A stretch of 8,818 nucleotides of DNA from Candidatus Helarchaeota ASGARD archaeon Hel_GB_B. Lineage in GTDB: Archaea; Asgardarchaeota; Lokiarchaeia; Helarchaeales; HEL-GB-B. Where the stretch lies: the NCBI GenBank assembly GCA_005191425.1, contig SUPR01000121.1:1-8818 (forward strand), read 5' to 3'. The notes beneath the pieces are model-generated. The model ran no database searches. It saw only the letters and a program-made list of their open reading frames with translations, and had not been told where the DNA came from. The position numbers and the translations under genes were made by a program. Of this stretch, positions 6,882-8,818 are shown one piece after another (positions within the stretch are counted from its first letter, which is position 1; each line of letters opens with the position of its first letter).

Positions 6882-8399
6882 TTACTCACCTAACCCTTTT
6901 AAATCTGCAATTTCAGGTATTTTATCAACTCCCATTTTACATGGATTTAATATATGATTTGGATCAAAAAGGTCTTTAATTTTTTTCATTATATTCATTG
7001 TTGTTTCTCCATATTCTCTAACTAGCTGTGATTGTTTCCATAACCCAACTCCATGCTCCGCAGTAATAGTCCCACCAAATTCGTTATAAATTTTGTCCAT
7101 CAATTTTTGCTGAAATATTCTTGCATTTTTCAAAGTTTCTTCATTTATAGTTATTGCAGCAATTAAATGGACATTTCCGTCTAAAAAGTGCCCAAATGTA
7201 ATGGGTAAAATACCAAATTCTTTACTTAATTGTTTTGCAATTTTAATAAAATTAATCACTTTATTTGGGGGTACTGCAAGATCGAGTACCAGTGGGATGT
7301 ACATTCTTGGGTCTTGGGGTGGTTTCATTGCTCTGGCTATAGAAGGGCCAGCATTATGTCTACCTTCCCATAACATTACTTGATCAAATGGTTCTTCAAA
7401 AATATCAATAGCTGGGAGCTCGTCATAAAAATTTTCATTTGTAGCAATTTCTTTAATTAGTTCAATTTGGCCATCAATGTCTTTACCGACTAATTTTAAT
7501 AAAATAGTACCATCCCTTTTTTTTACTTTTATCTTTTTATATCCGCGTTTAGCTAACCATTTAAAATTGGCATTAATTCCCTCTAAAGTCATAGAATCAG
7601 CGTACTCAAACAACTCCAAGTTCAAATTTTCGCTTTCTTCTTTAATTTTTTTAACACATTTCCAACAATCATCTAAAGTTTTAAACGAAATTATCATAGA
7701 TTTCTCATTTTTTGGCATTTTTCCAATTTTTAATGTTATTTCAGTTATAATACCAAGAGTACCTTCAGAACCTACGAATAACCTAACAAGATCATATCCA
7801 GCCACTGACTTTACAATACCATTTCTATGTCCAACATTTATCATGGTCCCATCAGCTAAAACAATTTCTAAATGATTAACATAGTCACCTGTAGTCCCAT
7901 ATTTATGTGAAGTAGCTCCAGATGCGTTGTTACCCACCATTCCACCAATTTGACAATAAAAAGCACTTCCAGGTTCTGCTTGAAAAAAATAACCGAACTT
8001 AGATAATTCTTTTTGAATATCTATGAATGGTACACCTGGTTCTACTATAATATATTCTTCTGAAATATTTATTTCTTTAATTTTATTCATATGCTTACCA
8101 AAATCCATTAAAATCGTATTTTCTTCTATTGGCACTACTTGACCTGCAGTTGAAGTCCCAGCACCACGAGGAATAATTGGTATTTTGTTTTTATTACAAA
8201 ACTTCACTATTTGAATAACATCTTCTTTATTTCGGGGTGTAACAAAATAAGTTGCCCGAAATTTAAGATCTTTAAAATACGTTTCTAAACCTTTTGAAAC
8301 ATAACCATGTGAAATTAAATCTATGGGATCTGTTGAAACGTTATCCTCACCTAAAATTTCAATTAATCTTTTTTCTATTTCCTCTTTTGAAATGCGCAT
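6882..8399 (-). CDS. FAD-binding oxidoreductase, GlcD/D-lactate dehydrogenase (VAO/PCMH) family
   Basis: IIPRGAGTSTAG, IGGMVGNNASG, KYGTTGDYV, GYDLVRLFVGSEGTLGIITE, GHFLDGNVH, ITAEHGVG, FDPNHILNP. GGAG at 8414-8411 upstream. Confidence 0.93.
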   Translation of the reverse strand: MRISKEEIEKRLIEILGEDNVSTDPIDLISHGYVSKGLETYFKDLKFRATYFVTPRNKEDVIQIVKFCNKNKIPIIPRGAGTSTAGQVVPIEENTILMDFGKHMNKIKEINISEEYIIVEPGVPFIDIQKELSKFGYFFQAEPGSAFYCQIGGMVGNNASGATSHKYGTTGDYVNHLEIVLADGTMINVGHRNGIVKSVAGYDLVRLFVGSEGTLGIITEITLKIGKMPKNEKSMIISFKTLDDCWKCVKKIKEESENLNLELFEYADSMTLEGINANFKWLAKRGYKKIKVKKRDGTILLKLVGKDIDGQIELIKEIATNENFYDELPAIDIFEEPFDQVMLWEGRHNAGPSIARAMKPPQDPRMYIPLVLDLAVPPNKVINFIKIAKQLSKEFGILPITFGHFLDGNVHLIAAITINEETLKNARIFQQKLMDKIYNEFGGTITAEHGVGLWKQSQLVREYGETTMNIMKKIKDLFDPNHILNPCKMGVDKIPEIADLKGLGE

Positions 8400-8427
8400 A
8401 TTGATTCGAACTCCAATTTTATTTTAA

Positions 8428-8479
8428 TCCTAAAAATTATTAGTCCTTATCTTATTAATTTGTCCTAACCTTATTAGTT
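8428..8479. promoter_or_regulatory. Imperfect direct-repeat array upstream of the oxidoreductase operon (candidate operator)
   Basis: GTCCTTATCTTATTAATT (8443-8460) and GTCCTAACCTTATTAGTT (8462-8479) match 15/18 with a 19-bp period. Partial third copy TCCTAAAAATTATTAG (8428-8443). Confidence 0.45.
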
Positions 8480-8650
8480 ATTAAAAATATAATTACTATT
8501 TTACTTTATTATAATTATTAATAAAATAAATCTTGAAAACAAAACTCATATTAATAATAAAATATAAAAGTAATTATAATTTAATATTGATTTTAAAAAT
8601 AATTTATTAATATAATTTCAGAACAAAAAAATTATATTTTTTAACTATGG

Positions 8651-8670
8651 ATACTATATTTCAATAGTAT
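8651..8670. promoter_or_regulatory. Inverted repeat ATACTAT-N6-ATAGTAT (candidate operator) before the right-edge gene
   Basis: Perfect 7-bp arms, located between an A-run/TTATAT TATA-like sequence (about 8625-8637) and the GAGGA SD (8674-8678). Confidence 0.4.
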
Positions 8671-8684
8671 AAAGAGGATTATTT

Positions 8685-8818
8685 ATGAATTTGGATAGAA
8701 AAAAACTACTAAAGTCAAAAGTTTTAGTAGACCTTTTGAAATTAAATTTTCCCGCTTTGATTTCTATATTATTACGGGACTACGATAACAAAACTGTGCG
8801 TCAAGTTCTTAAAAATAT
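8685..8818 (+). CDS. Hypothetical protein, 3'-partial (MNLDRKKLLKSKVLVDLLKLNFPALISILLRDYDNKTVRQVLKN...)
   Basis: ATG 8685 with GAGGA 6 nt upstream; frame is open to the end of the window. Too short to assign a family. Confidence 0.7.
   Translation, partial: MNLDRKKLLKSKVLVDLLKLNFPALISILLRDYDNKTVRQVLKN

Noticed and set aside
1753-7875. Plus-strand ORFs 1753-2064, 5114-5377, 6222-6431, 7201-7383 and 7477-7875
   Set aside because: Each lies wholly antisense within a well-supported gene and shows no recognisable motif.
1616-8655. TATGGATACT at 1616-1625 and 8646-8655, and TAAAGGAATG at 912-903 (minus) and 1347-1356 (plus)
   Set aside because: Isolated 10-mers in dissimilar contexts; such matches are plausible by chance at this base composition.
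1-8818. CRISPR array, tRNA/rRNA, transposase or integrase
   Set aside because: No regularly spaced repeats with unique spacers, no cloverleaf or rRNA-like sequence, and no recombinase motifs seen.

Overview
Very AT-rich window, most likely archaeal (inference: GGTGA-type ribosome-binding motifs before two ORFs; gene content is reminiscent of Asgard/Loki-Helarchaeia, unverified). The minus strand carries a probable operon of FAD-binding GlcD/Dld-like oxidoreductase, CCG-domain Fe-S protein and GH2 beta-mannosidase-like hydrolase, plus a separate SDR. A short rhomboid-like membrane protein that appears N-terminally truncated lies on the plus strand. Manual translation adds three ORFs missing from the ORF track: a secreted Trp-rich beta-propeller repeat protein running off the left edge (896 to <1), a 33-aa acidic peptide (1243-1344), and a partial CDS at the right edge (8685 to >8818). 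The most unusual locus is the peptide. Its TGA is followed in frame by GKGMC-TAA and then by a 70-nt three-stem structure, which raises the possibility of a UGA-recoded (selenocysteine) or RiPP-like peptide with a 3' RNA element. Several operator-like repeats lie in the intergenic regions. No mobile element, CRISPR array, tRNA or rRNA is supported.
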